NCBI GenBank assembly: GCA_938084645.1
Contig: CALKEP010000007.1
Coordinates: forward strand, 1-60,903
Source of the DNA: an uncultured Phycisphaerales bacterium
GTDB lineage: Bacteria; Planctomycetota; Phycisphaerae; Phycisphaerales; SM1A02
DNA length: 60,903 nt
Reading direction: 5' to 3'
Every line of letters starts with the position of its first letter. The stretch's first letter is position 1. A model generated the notes under the pieces. The model was given only the letters and a program-made list of their open reading frames with translations, was not told the origin of the DNA and made no database searches. The position numbers and the translations under genes are program-made. Shown here piece after piece: positions 1-9,138 of this stretch.

Positions 1-689
1 CCGCCCCCCTGATAGGCGGTGTTGCCTTCCATCACGCAGTCGTGGACGTAGGACTCGCCAAGCACGACCTTGATCGCGCCGCCATGGTTCACGGCCCGGT
101 TTCCAGCGAGCAGGTTGCGGCAGATTCTCGTGGCGCCCTTAGAGGCGAAGATGGCACCGCCGTCCGCGAACGCGAAGTTGTCCAGGAAGACCGAGTCCGC
201 CACCGCCGACTCGGAACGCAAAAGATAGATCGCACCGCCGAAGGCGGATCGGTTGTCGATGAAGCGACAGAATTCGATTCGTGGAGACGAGTCCACGGCG
301 AAGAGCCCGCCTCCCACCAGGATGTTCGGATTGCCGGGGAGCGGCGACCCCGCGTCGCCATTGGCGATGGTGAGGCCCCGAATGACGGTGGACTCGTCCT
401 GGCCACCGGTGATCCGGACCACCGTGGATTTGAAGCCCGATCCGTCGATCACGGTCTCGGTGGCGTCCTTGCCGGTTCCCTCGATGACCAGCGACTTCTT
501 GCCGAGGTCGATGATTTCGTTGTACACCCCCGGTGCGATCTGGATGGTCGACTCTGTCGGCACGGCATCGATGGCCGCCTGAATCGAGGTGTAGTCACCG
601 GAACCGTCGGTCGCGACCGTGACGACGTCCGCGAAGGAGGCCGTCGAAAGGAGCGTGCAGGACAACGTGATGAGGGCTCGGGCGCGCAT
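1..689 (-). CDS. Secreted right-handed beta-helix (pectin-lyase-like fold) protein, 3' end outside the window
   Basis: Not in the ORF track because its stop is off-window. Hand translation from ATG 689: MRARALITLSCTLLSTASFADVVTVATDGSGDYTSIQAAIDAV...IAPGVYNE...TVIDG...GLTIANG...DNRSAFGGAIY...DNFAFADGGAIF. Signal peptide, SIQAAID start motif and N-x-x-x-x-GGAI repeats. Confidence 0.85.
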   Translation of the reverse strand, partial: MRARALITLSCTLLSTASFADVVTVATDGSGDYTSIQAAIDAVPTESTIQIAPGVYNEIIDLGKKSLVIEGTGKDATETVIDGSGFKSTVVRITGGQDESTVIRGLTIANGDAGSPLPGNPNILVGGGLFAVDSSPRIEFCRFIDNRSAFGGAIYLLRSESAVADSVFLDNFAFADGGAIFASKGATRICRNLLAGNRAVNHGGAIKVVLGESYVHDCVMEGNTAYQGG

Positions 690-831
690 GGGGGGTTCTC
701 TCGAGGAATTGTGGAAAGGTCTCTCTGCAGAGACGATACCACGCCGCTCGATCCGATCAAGCGGATCCGCGTTCACGTTCGTCGACCGGGGTTTTTATCC
801 GCCGAAGCGCCGGGGGTGATCGGAAGCCGGA

Positions 832-1350
832 TCAGGGCTCGGCCATCACGAACACCGGGCGGACCGACTGGATGTCCACCACCCGTCCATTCGCATCGGT
901 GCGGACGATGCGGACGGGTCGTGAGCGATCGACCGCGATCCGCGTCTCCATGCGGACGTCCCGAAGATCACCGAGGGTGACTCGACGTGCGTACCGATCG
1001 ACGGTCGCATCATCGCTCCAGATGAAGTTGCGATGGGCGTTGTCCGCAAGCGGGCCGCTCGCCGGGGCGGGCGACTCGAGCACCAGCTCGAGGTGCGGAA
1101 TGACGAGGTCACCGTCGCGACGATCGAGCCGCGTGGCGTTCTCCCGGGTCCCGAGACGAACGGTTTTCGCCGTGCAGTCGGGGTGACCCCAGATACTGGC
1201 CACCGAACGCCAATGGCGGCCGATCATGTCGGATTCCGCTCGCGCTTCCCCAAGGCGGCCGGCGCCGACGAAGATCGCGATGGTGAGGACTGGAACCAGC
1301 ACCACCCACGTGGTGAGCGAACGACCCAGATTGGCGATTCGTACCAGCAT
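832..1350 (-). CDS. Hypothetical protein with N-terminal hydrophobic anchor (start may be 1386)
   Basis: 3' part of ORF 832..2286 that does not overlap trpA; hydrophobic WVVLVPVLTIAIFVG segment; fills an otherwise empty gap. Confidence 0.5.
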   Translation of the reverse strand: MLVRIANLGRSLTTWVVLVPVLTIAIFVGAGRLGEARAESDMIGRHWRSVASIWGHPDCTAKTVRLGTRENATRLDRRDGDLVIPHLELVLESPAPASGPLADNAHRNFIWSDDATVDRYARRVTLGDLRDVRMETRIAVDRSRPVRIVRTDANGRVVDIQSVRPVFVMAEP

Positions 1351-1494
1351 GTCGGTGATATCGGCTCGGCCGGCGATCCGTTGCATCGGGATCTTCGTTC
1401 TCGGCCGAGGCCGCGCGGGATGTGCGGGCGGCGGGTCCGAAAACCGTTCCAGACCGGACTGGCTCGTCGTCCGCGGTGGGTAGGATGACCCGCC

Positions 1495-2304
1495 ATGGGA
1501 CGCCTTGCCGAAATGTTCGTCCGTCACCGAGCCGCCGGTACCGGAGCGCTGATGCCGTTCATCGTCGCGGGGGATCCGAAGATCGGAGACCTTCCGGTCC
1601 TGCTCCAGGCCCTCGAGACCGCGGGTGCGGACGCCGTCGAGATCGGGATTCCCTTCAGCGATCCGATCGCGGACGGTCCCCTGATCGCCGCGGCGATGCA
1701 TTCGGCGCTCGAGCGAGGAACCCGGGTGGAGTCGGTGCTCGACGAGGTTCGCGGGTGTCGCGATTCGATCGAGCTTCCGTTGCTGGCGATGGTGAGCGTC
1801 TCGATCGTCGATCGGATGGGCGGTCCGAGTTTCATCAACCTGCTGGCGGATGCGGGTTTCGATGGCGTGATCGTTCCCGACGCGGACCTCGACACCATCG
1901 ATCCGCTCGTCGACGCCGCCGAATCGCGCGACATCGGTTTCAGCACGCTGCTCGCGCCGGACACGTCGTCCGAGCGCACCGCCCGGATCGCGGAGACGGC
2001 GCGGGAGTTTCTCTATCTGCTCGCACGGCGGGGCATCACGGGCGAACGAGGTGATGCGCCGGAACTCGAGGGCCGGGTCGGGCGGATCCGGGAGATCACC
2101 GCCCTGCCCCTGGCCGCGGGTTTCGGAATCGCTTCGGCGGATCACGTCGCTGCGGTCGTTCGGGACGCGGAAGGTGCGATCGTGGGTTCCGCGTTGGTTC
2201 GCGCGATCGGAGCGGCGGACGCGGCCGGTGAGGATCTCGCCGACGCCGTGGTCCGATTCATCGAACCGCTCGCCGCGGCCGCGCACCGCATTCGTCGATC
2301 CTGA
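1495..2304 (+). CDS. trpA: Tryptophan synthase alpha chain
   Basis: PFIVAGDP, EIGIPFSDPIADGP, GVIVPD, RRGITG, GFGI and IVGSALV motifs; 269 aa. Confidence 0.97.
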   Translation: MGRLAEMFVRHRAAGTGALMPFIVAGDPKIGDLPVLLQALETAGADAVEIGIPFSDPIADGPLIAAAMHSALERGTRVESVLDEVRGCRDSIELPLLAMVSVSIVDRMGGPSFINLLADAGFDGVIVPDADLDTIDPLVDAAESRDIGFSTLLAPDTSSERTARIAETAREFLYLLARRGITGERGDAPELEGRVGRIREITALPLAAGFGIASADHVAAVVRDAEGAIVGSALVRAIGAADAAGEDLADAVVRFIEPLAAAAHRIRRS

Positions 2305-2397
2305 CGATGGGGGGACCCGGAACGCCAGGCCGTTTCGAACTCATCCGGAACTGTGGCCCGATGCCGTTCCTCGACGGCTCTTCGCGGCCCCCTCGAT

Positions 2398-2451
2398 TTG
2401 AAGTGTCGTCTCGTTGAAGTGGCGTCTCATGTCGTCTCATGTCGTCTCATG
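2398..2451. repeat. Short tandem direct repeats upstream of the cohesin-dockerin gene
   Basis: TTGAAGTG(T/G)CGTCTC(G/A) twice (2398-2413, 2414-2429), overlapping G(G/T)CGTCTCAT three times (2421-2450). Confidence 0.85.
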
Positions 2452-2543
2452 GAACCGATGCTCGGGGATTTCGAAGAAGGTCCACGATCGGCGTGACGAA
2501 TCCGTTACCCTCGATGCTCGGAAACTCCTGGAGATCACGACGC

Positions 2544-3179
2544 ATGCTTCAAGCCACGCTCCTCGCCGGACTGCTCCTTTCGCCGACCGCCGCCGGATCC
2601 GGTGGTGGCGCGATCCTCAAGGTTTCGAACGTCAATGCGACGCGTGGCCAGACGGTTTCCGTTCCCGTGCGTGCGGAGACGATGGACATCATCGGGGCCT
2701 TCGGCTTCAACGCGATGCCGCTCGGCCTCGAAGTCGACGACGTGCTGTACGACGGTCCGATCTTCAGCAACGGTTGGAATGGTTGGGACTCCGCGCCGTC
2801 GCCCAATGTCCGGGTGGACGCCGCCTGCATCTTCACCGAGGACCAGATCGCGCCAGGCGATCACCCGCTGGTCGGGCTGGTGATCGACGTGCCGGCGAAT
2901 CTCGAGCCCGGCACGGTGATTCCGATCACCCTCTCGAAGGTCTCCTTCTTCAACTACGACTTCTCGGTGCCGACGCTCGAAGCGTTGGATGGCAGCATCA
3001 CGGTCTTCCGGACCTCGGATCTCAACGGAAACGGCATCGTCGAGCCAGGCGACCTGGGATTGATGCTCGCGGACTGGGGGCCGGTCACGAAGTCCCCGGC
3101 CGCCGACGTCAATGGCGACGGTGTGGTCAACGGCGCCGACATCGGCCGGCTGCTCGATCGATGGGGTACCGAAGGCTGA
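2544..3179 (+). CDS. Secreted cohesin-like domain + C-terminal dockerin protein
   Basis: Signal peptide MLQATLLAGLLLSPTAAG; cohesin-like strands LKVSNVNATRGQTVSVPVRAE...PGTVIPITLS...DGSITV; two Ca loops DLNGNGIVEPGDLGLML and DVNGDGVVNGADIGRLL. Confidence 0.75.
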   Translation: MLQATLLAGLLLSPTAAGSGGGAILKVSNVNATRGQTVSVPVRAETMDIIGAFGFNAMPLGLEVDDVLYDGPIFSNGWNGWDSAPSPNVRVDAACIFTEDQIAPGDHPLVGLVIDVPANLEPGTVIPITLSKVSFFNYDFSVPTLEALDGSITVFRTSDLNGNGIVEPGDLGLMLADWGPVTKSPAADVNGDGVVNGADIGRLLDRWGTEG

Positions 3180-3224
3180 TCATGCCGTCTCGTGCCACGG
3201 TCCGAGGCGGGTGAAGAGCGGTGG

Positions 3225-3299
3225 TCGAGACTTGAGTGAAGTGACGACGGGTGTGCGGCCTCGATCCGCCCACCCGTCGTCGCACTCCGACGATCTCGA
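3225..3299. terminator. Long imperfect hairpin between convergent genes (possible bidirectional terminator)
   Basis: GACGACGGGTG-T-GCGG (3243-3258) pairs with CCGC-C-CACCCGTCGTC (3266-3281), extended by GAGTG/CACTC and TCGAGA/TCTCGA; no U-tract. Confidence 0.45.
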
Positions 3300-3381
3300 G
3301 TCTCCGATCCCACCTCATGGTCGAGGGTGGGGGAGCCGTCGCGGTGGCGACCCGTGTCTTCCCGGTTCGACCGGCAGGGAT

Positions 3382-3987
3382 TCAGTAGCGACGCATCACG
3401 CCGGTGACGACGCCCTGGATCCGGCAGTCGCGAACGATGATCGGCTCGAAGTCGGGATTGGCGGGCTGGAGCCGGATGGTCCCGTCGCTCTCGCGAAAGA
3501 AGGTCTTGAGCGTGGTCTCGCCGTCGGGAAGGAGGGCGACGACCCGCTCGCCGTTTCGGGCGGTCTGTCGTTTCTCGACGATCACGTAGTCGCCATCGAA
3601 GATGCCTTCATCCCGCATCGACTCGCCTTCGACCTGAAGGGCGAACATCTCTCCATGGCGTCCCTTGCGGGGCCCGAAGATCTGCCCCAGATCGAGCTCG
3701 CTGTCGTCCTCGCACTTCTCGATCGGGCGACCGGCGGCGATTCGTCCCTTGAGGGGGAGCACGAGGTCTTCACCGACGGGTTCATCCACCGGCGACAAAG
3801 AGCGTGCCTTGTTCGGATCTCGAACGAGAGCGCCCTTGCCGACCAGTGCCTCGACGTGTTCGAAGACCGTCACCTTGCTGACGCCGAATTCGTTCGCGAT
3901 CTCCTGCATCGTCGGGGAATAGCCCTCGCTCTCCCGATAGGTGCGGACGAAGTCGAGAATGCGAAGTTGTTTGGGAGTCAGGTTCAT
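3382..3987 (-). CDS. lexA: LexA repressor
   Basis: MNLTPKQLRILDF...YSPTMQEIA wHTH; cleavage site IAAG; catalytic GESM Ser and TLK Lys; LQPANP. Confidence 0.97.
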   Translation of the reverse strand: MNLTPKQLRILDFVRTYRESEGYSPTMQEIANEFGVSKVTVFEHVEALVGKGALVRDPNKARSLSPVDEPVGEDLVLPLKGRIAAGRPIEKCEDDSELDLGQIFGPRKGRHGEMFALQVEGESMRDEGIFDGDYVIVEKRQTARNGERVVALLPDGETTLKTFFRESDGTIRLQPANPDFEPIIVRDCRIQGVVTGVMRRY

Positions 3988-4849
3988 GACGGTTTTCCTG
4001 GGTCGAGGTCGAGCGAACGGGGGTGGATGGAGCGCGATCGGAACTGGAGACGCGGGAGAGATGGTCCTCGGTGTGGGAGCGAAGCCGTTCAAGCGTGGCG
4101 CGAGCCACCATTCGAACGCGTTCGCCATGCCCGACGAGCGACCTTCCGACGAGTGATCGGGGCGACATCGGACCCCGGGCCGAAGACGCCGGGGCGGAGT
4201 GGAGCAACTCCGCCACCGGCGTTTCGAGCGGGGGTGAATTCGGGATCCCGGATCGGTCGGCGAGGTGACGAAGTGCGGCCGGACTGATTTCGACCCGGTC
4301 GATGCCGAGGCATCGCTCGAACACGTCCTGGTGTCGGGGGTGGTCTTCGGTGCGGGCATCATGCGGCGTCACCCGAAGTCGGCGTGCGGCCCTTCGATCG
4401 ATGGGGGGGCGTCGTCGAGCGGGTTGGTCCGCCGAATCGGAGGTCGATGGTGGGTCAGTCTCGGATCCGTCGCCGGTCTCGGGAAGCAGGATTCCAAGCA
4501 TTCGAAGTGTGGTGAGGAGGAACGCGAGCATGCCGCCGGGGTTCCGGGTGGGAACGCCCGGATGCCCGGGATGGGTGAACGGTCGGGAGATGGATTGGAG
4601 GCGCTCGTCGGTGGGAACGATCTTCCGGACGTAGTCTCCACCGGGGCCGAGTTGAACGAGAGGCATGGTCATGGGGGGCGGGTCCTTGCGAAGCGGGTGG
4701 CACCCGAGGGGGCGTGCCATGGTGTCCTGAACTTGTTCGGCGGTTGTCAGGGTGACACTCCACAATTCGTTCGGTGAATGTTACCCCGACCAGAATCCGT
4801 ACGGGCTGAAGTCGACCGACTGACCGCCGTCGTGGCGGATTTGCGTGAA

Positions 4850-4881
4850 AAACCCCTTTCTCAGGGCTGAAAAAGGGGTTT
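4850..4881. promoter_or_regulatory. Near-perfect AT-rich inverted repeat
   Basis: AAACCCCTTTCTCAG-GG-CTGAAAAAGGGGTTT, 15-bp arms with one mismatch, in the divergent lexA/aminotransferase region. Confidence 0.5.
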
Positions 4882-5053
4882 GATGGTGGAGAAAGGCGCC
4901 GCCCCGCCGGAGGGGGGCAGGAGGACGAGGCGACGCCGCCCATTCGAACGACGAACAGGCGATGGGTGCAGGTTATGGGTCGCCGTCGGGGAATCCCGGA
5001 TTCGGGCGGAATTGCGTGAACGGCTTTGAACGTCGGATTACGCTCCACGAGCC

Positions 5054-6283
5054 ATGCCAGGAACGCATCACGAGTCTCGGATCGGATTCGGCGTCGAAGC
5101 GCGATCGCAATGGGATCTCGCACCCGATCTGTCATTCCTCAATCACGGCTCCTTCGGTGCGGTTCCTCGTGAATTGCAGGAGCGGGCGAGCGAGGCCCGC
5201 CGAGCGATCGAGGGGAATCCCGTCGAGGGTGTCTGGCGGGACGGGGTGCTGGCGATCCGTTCCTCCGCCCGCGCAGTGGCCGAATTCCTCGGGGCGGATG
5301 GTGATCGGACCGGTTTCGTCTCCAATGCGACGAGCGGGATCAACGCGATGCTGCAGTCGGTCCCGCTCGAGCCGGGAGACGAGGTGCTTCACCTCGATCA
5401 CGGTTACAACGCGGTCTGGCAGACGATCCTGATGACCGCGCGTCGTCGCGGCATCGTGCCCCGGAAGGTCGAGATCCCGCTGCCGATCGCGGGGCCCGCG
5501 GATTGGATCGACGCCGTGGAACACGCCATCACACCGCGAACGAAACTGCTCGTGCTCGATCAGATCACGTCACCGACGGCCCTCGTGCTTCCGACCCGCG
5601 AGATCGTCGAGATGGCGAAGTCGCACGGCGTCGAGACGATCGTCGACGGCGCCCACGCGCCGGGGATGCTCGATCGGCCGGTGGCGGACATCGGTGACCC
5701 CGTCGCATGGACCGGCAACCTTCACAAGTGGCCGTGCGCACTTCGCGGCACGGCGGTTCTCGTGGTCCGGTCGGATTTCGAGGATCGGATCAAGCCGACG
5801 GTGATCAGCCATCATCTCGATCAGGCGTTCACGGCGGAGTTCGACTGGCAGGGCACGTTCGATCCCGTGCCGTGGATCCTTGCGAAGGACGCGATCGGCT
5901 TCATGGACCGCTTCGGCGGCTGGGCCGAGGTGCGGCGTCGCAATCGCGAGCTCACGATCGCGGCCCACGCGATGCTCGTCGGGCGGCTCGGGGTCGAACC
6001 CATCTCTTCGCTGGACGGTTCATCGCTCGGCTTCATGGCGACGCTGCCGCTGCCCGATCGTCTCCAGCCCGATGGTGGCGGGCCACCGCTGCCGTCGGCC
6101 GATCCGCCCCGCGGACCGCTCGAGATCCGCGTCGATCCCGTGCAGGCGCGGCTGCTGGAAGAACACCGGATCGAGATTCCGCTCATGCATTTCGGTGGCC
6201 GGCGTTTCATGCGATTCAGCACGCATGTCTACAACGAGTTCTCCGAATACGAGCGACTGGCCGCGGCGGTCGAGACGATGTGA
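5054..6283 (+). CDS. PLP-dependent aminotransferase class V (isopenicillin N epimerase/hercynylcysteine sulfoxide lyase-like)
   Basis: FLNHGSFG, NATSGIN, DQITSPTA, VDGAHAPG, GNLHKW (PLP Lys) and FDWQGT motifs. Confidence 0.88.
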   Translation: MPGTHHESRIGFGVEARSQWDLAPDLSFLNHGSFGAVPRELQERASEARRAIEGNPVEGVWRDGVLAIRSSARAVAEFLGADGDRTGFVSNATSGINAMLQSVPLEPGDEVLHLDHGYNAVWQTILMTARRRGIVPRKVEIPLPIAGPADWIDAVEHAITPRTKLLVLDQITSPTALVLPTREIVEMAKSHGVETIVDGAHAPGMLDRPVADIGDPVAWTGNLHKWPCALRGTAVLVVRSDFEDRIKPTVISHHLDQAFTAEFDWQGTFDPVPWILAKDAIGFMDRFGGWAEVRRRNRELTIAAHAMLVGRLGVEPISSLDGSSLGFMATLPLPDRLQPDGGGPPLPSADPPRGPLEIRVDPVQARLLEEHRIEIPLMHFGGRRFMRFSTHVYNEFSEYERLAAAVETM

Positions 6284-6296
6284 ACGGTCGTGGGAT

Positions 6297-7112
6297 TCAG
6301 GCGACCGTCTTCGTGTGGCGGTCCAGCCCCGCATCGCAGCGGGTGAGTCCGAGGTCGATGCTTCGCTGCAGACGGGCAAGGCTTTCGGGCACGTGGTCGC
6401 GGGGGAGTTCCGGATGATCGAGGTGGTACACCAGCGCCCTGCCATGGACCATCTTGCGTTCGATGCCGAGGTTGTACAGCCGGACGCACAGGTCGGAGTC
6501 CTCGCCGATCCCCCAGCCTTCGAACGCTTCGTCGAATCCATTGATTCGGACCACGTCCTCGCGCCACATCGCGAGATTGCATCCGAGCAGGCCGTAGAGG
6601 TCGCGGTCCCGTCGAATCCGAGGCATCGGAAGGCGGATCGCCTTGAAGATTCCGGAGAGACGGCCTCGACGGAGGAGTCTGGGGATCGTGGTCCGGCCCT
6701 CGAGCACCGCGTCCACGAAGCGTTCCGGAATGAACGCACGGCGTCCCTGGACGAAGGTCCCCGACTCGGCGAGCCGGAGATGGTCCTCGAGCCACCGGCC
6801 ATGGGGGAGGCAGTCACCGTCGAGGAACACGAGGTAGGGGTTCGTCGCTCGGGCGACGCTCTCGTTCAGGATGCGGGTCTTCCGAAAACCTTCGTCCGGG
6901 TGCCAGCAGTGGTTGATCCTCGTTCCCGCGGGTGGTTCGAACGACCGGATCATCGCCGCGGTGTCCTCGGTCGAGCCGTCATCGGCGACGACGATCTCCG
7001 CCGGCCGATGACTTCCGCCGCAGAGTCGGTGCAGGATCGCTTCAAGGGCTCGCGGGGCGTTGTAGGTGCTCACGATCACGCTCGCGGTGGGCGTTCGGGC
7101 GTCGGCGCTCAC
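6297..7112 (-). CDS. Glycosyltransferase family 2 with GT7C-like C-terminus
   Basis: SVIVSTYN, VVADDGS, FLDGDC, GCNLA, INGFDEAFEGWGIGEDSD; GTG start overlaps the upstream TGA (GTGA). Confidence 0.92.
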   Translation of the reverse strand: MSADARTPTASVIVSTYNAPRALEAILHRLCGGSHRPAEIVVADDGSTEDTAAMIRSFEPPAGTRINHCWHPDEGFRKTRILNESVARATNPYLVFLDGDCLPHGRWLEDHLRLAESGTFVQGRRAFIPERFVDAVLEGRTTIPRLLRRGRLSGIFKAIRLPMPRIRRDRDLYGLLGCNLAMWREDVVRINGFDEAFEGWGIGEDSDLCVRLYNLGIERKMVHGRALVYHLDHPELPRDHVPESLARLQRSIDLGLTRCDAGLDRHTKTVA

Positions 7113-7960
7113 GAATCGCTCCGGTCCGATTCGCGTCGAAGCGGCGGTGAACTCGGTGGCTGGGTCGAACGTCGTTCGCACCATGCCTTCGCGTGCTTGT
7201 AGAACGCACCCTCGGCATTGCCGAACGCGATCACGAACCCCGCCCAGCCGTCGAGCACGCCGAGTTTGAACACGTAGTGCTTGACGAACTCGATGAAGCC
7301 TCGTGCCACGGCGCCCGCCATCGATCGCCCGCCGCCCCGGGCGAGCACCTTCTGCGATCCGAGCGTCGAGTAGCGATTGGCCTTGTGCTGAAGTTCCCCG
7401 AGGTCCTTGAACGGAATCTGCCAGATGTCGGCGGGGAGGACCGCGACCTCGGCGCCGTCCGCGGCGATCCAGCCCTCGTGCACCGGGAGCTGGTCGTAGT
7501 GCATGCGGCCGTTGCGGAACAGCTGCGGCTGCCGGAAGTTCGGATACCAGCCGCTGTGTCGGATCCAACGGCCCATGAACCAGTTCCGGCGTGGGACCCG
7601 CCAGATGTCGACGGCGTCCGGATCGGCGATCACCGCGAGAATCGCGTCCCTGGCCTCCGGGGTGCACCGCTCGTCGGAGTCCAGCGAGAAGATCCAGTCG
7701 CCCCGGCAGGCCGCGATGGCCTTGTTGCGGAGCGGGCCGAAGCCCTCGAAGTCGATCTGCACCACCCGCGCGCCGAGGCGTTCCGCGATCTCGATGGTTC
7801 CGTCCGTGGAGTGGGAATCCGCGAGGACGATCTCATCGGCCCAGAGGACGCTGGAGATCGCCGCTTCGATCTTGTCGGCCTCGTTGTAGGCGATGACGTA
7901 GGCGGTGACGGAAGGCGAGCCGTCCTCTCGCCGGATCCGGGGTGGGGTCTCTTCGGACAT
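7109..7960 (-). CDS. Glycosyltransferase family 2 (WaaE/KdtX-like beta-1,4-glucosyltransferase)
   Basis: IAYNEAD, DSHSTDGT, WIFSLDSDE, RHSGWYP, VHE, LGVLDGWAGFVIA. Confidence 0.92.
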   Translation of the reverse strand: MSEETPPRIRREDGSPSVTAYVIAYNEADKIEAAISSVLWADEIVLADSHSTDGTIEIAERLGARVVQIDFEGFGPLRNKAIAACRGDWIFSLDSDERCTPEARDAILAVIADPDAVDIWRVPRRNWFMGRWIRHSGWYPNFRQPQLFRNGRMHYDQLPVHEGWIAADGAEVAVLPADIWQIPFKDLGELQHKANRYSTLGSQKVLARGGGRSMAGAVARGFIEFVKHYVFKLGVLDGWAGFVIAFGNAEGAFYKHAKAWCERRSTQPPSSPPLRRESDRSDS

Positions 7961-7995
7961 CCGACGCAGAATACCGGAGGCCGCCGTCCCGTGAA

Positions 7996-9036
7996 TCAGT
8001 CCTCGCCCGTGGCGGCATCCCGACGGCGCCGCTCCGCATCGGCGTACCGGGCCGCCTCGGACGCATCGACGGCCTCCGCGGCGCGTTCGGAGGCGGTTGC
8101 GAGGAATTCGTCGTTGTACCAGTCCCGCCAGGCGGTGAAGCTCCATCCGTTACCACTGGTGTCCGCGCCGGTGGCCCGACTGGTGATGCCGACGAGGGAT
8201 CGATGCACTTCGGTGCGATAGATCACGACGACCGCATCCATGACCCGCATCACGAAGCCTTCGAGGATCTGGCCGATCACCGGCTGGAACGCCCCCGAGC
8301 CATCCCCGGTGACGGGAATGAGATTCTGGACGTAGGACCGCTGGGTGCCGATCGCGATCCACGCGAGGTCGCTCTTGCGCCGGACGCGGTCCGCCGAGTA
8401 CTGGGTCGCGACGAGGTGCGGGATCGCGGGCCAGGCATCCATGACACCGGCGATGCGACCGGCTCGATCGATCGTCTGGTGGTTCCCGCCGCGGAGTGCG
8501 GTCTGAAGCACCGCCAGCGTCTCGGCTGCGGCGGGTCCGCGGAGCGAGGCGAGGCACGCGTCACGCATCCCCGGCGCCGTGCCATGGATCGCGGTCCAGG
8601 CCAGTGCCGCCTGGCCGGACGGGCCGGATGCCGCGAGGTGCTCGACCACGGCAAGGCGGACGTCCTCCGCTTCGTCGGCGAGGACTTCGGGCATGGCGTA
8701 GAGAAAGCCGGGGTCGTCGAGGGCTCGAAGCTGTTCGAGTCCGGAAGCGCGGGTCTCGGCCTTCCGCATCCGTCCGAGGTTGGTCTTCCGGATCGACTCG
8801 AGAAGTCCGCGAACCCCCGGAGCCCTCGATGCCGCGAGGTTGGCCCGCGCCCGCGCCGAGGTTCGCGCGTCGACCATCGGCGGCAGCACGCCCTCGCGTG
8901 CGATCGGCGTCGGCGGCAGGACCCCGTCGGTCCATCCGTACCCGTGCCCGGTCCCCGGCGGCACGGCATGCGTCACCGTCGGGAGGACGGTGGTCGTGAG
9001 GAGCGTGACGACGAGGGGGATGATCGGCAGGGGCAT
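7996..9036 (-). CDS. Secreted HEAT-repeat-like protein with C-terminal secretin-like beta segment
   Basis: Signal peptide; alpha-helical EDVRLAVVEHL / MRDACLASL repeats; IAIGTQRSYVQNLIPVTG...AFQPVIGQILEG; WRDWY tail. Confidence 0.65.
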   Translation of the reverse strand: MPLPIIPLVVTLLTTTVLPTVTHAVPPGTGHGYGWTDGVLPPTPIAREGVLPPMVDARTSARARANLAASRAPGVRGLLESIRKTNLGRMRKAETRASGLEQLRALDDPGFLYAMPEVLADEAEDVRLAVVEHLAASGPSGQAALAWTAIHGTAPGMRDACLASLRGPAAAETLAVLQTALRGGNHQTIDRAGRIAGVMDAWPAIPHLVATQYSADRVRRKSDLAWIAIGTQRSYVQNLIPVTGDGSGAFQPVIGQILEGFVMRVMDAVVVIYRTEVHRSLVGITSRATGADTSGNGWSFTAWRDWYNDEFLATASERAAEAVDASEAARYADAERRRRDAATGED

Positions 9037-9138
9037 CGGATTCGCTCCGTGGCGTTCGGACCGGCGATCGTTTCGTGACCGTCCCGAGTATATGGACGGT
9101 ACGTTCGTATTCGACAGGAAACCCGAGGGGTTCCGGTG

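Noticed and set aside
1495..2304. trpA isolated from other trp genes
   Set aside because: Scattered biosynthetic genes are common in Planctomycetota; not informative alone.
2398..2451. Short repeats as a possible CRISPR array
   Set aside because: Units are 10-16 bp with no unique spacers, and there are no cas genes.
5054..6283. Beta-lactam or ergothioneine biosynthetic cluster around the isopenicillin-N-epimerase-like gene
   Set aside because: No pcbAB/pcbC/cef or egtB/egtD genes nearby; the family is widespread as a stand-alone enzyme.
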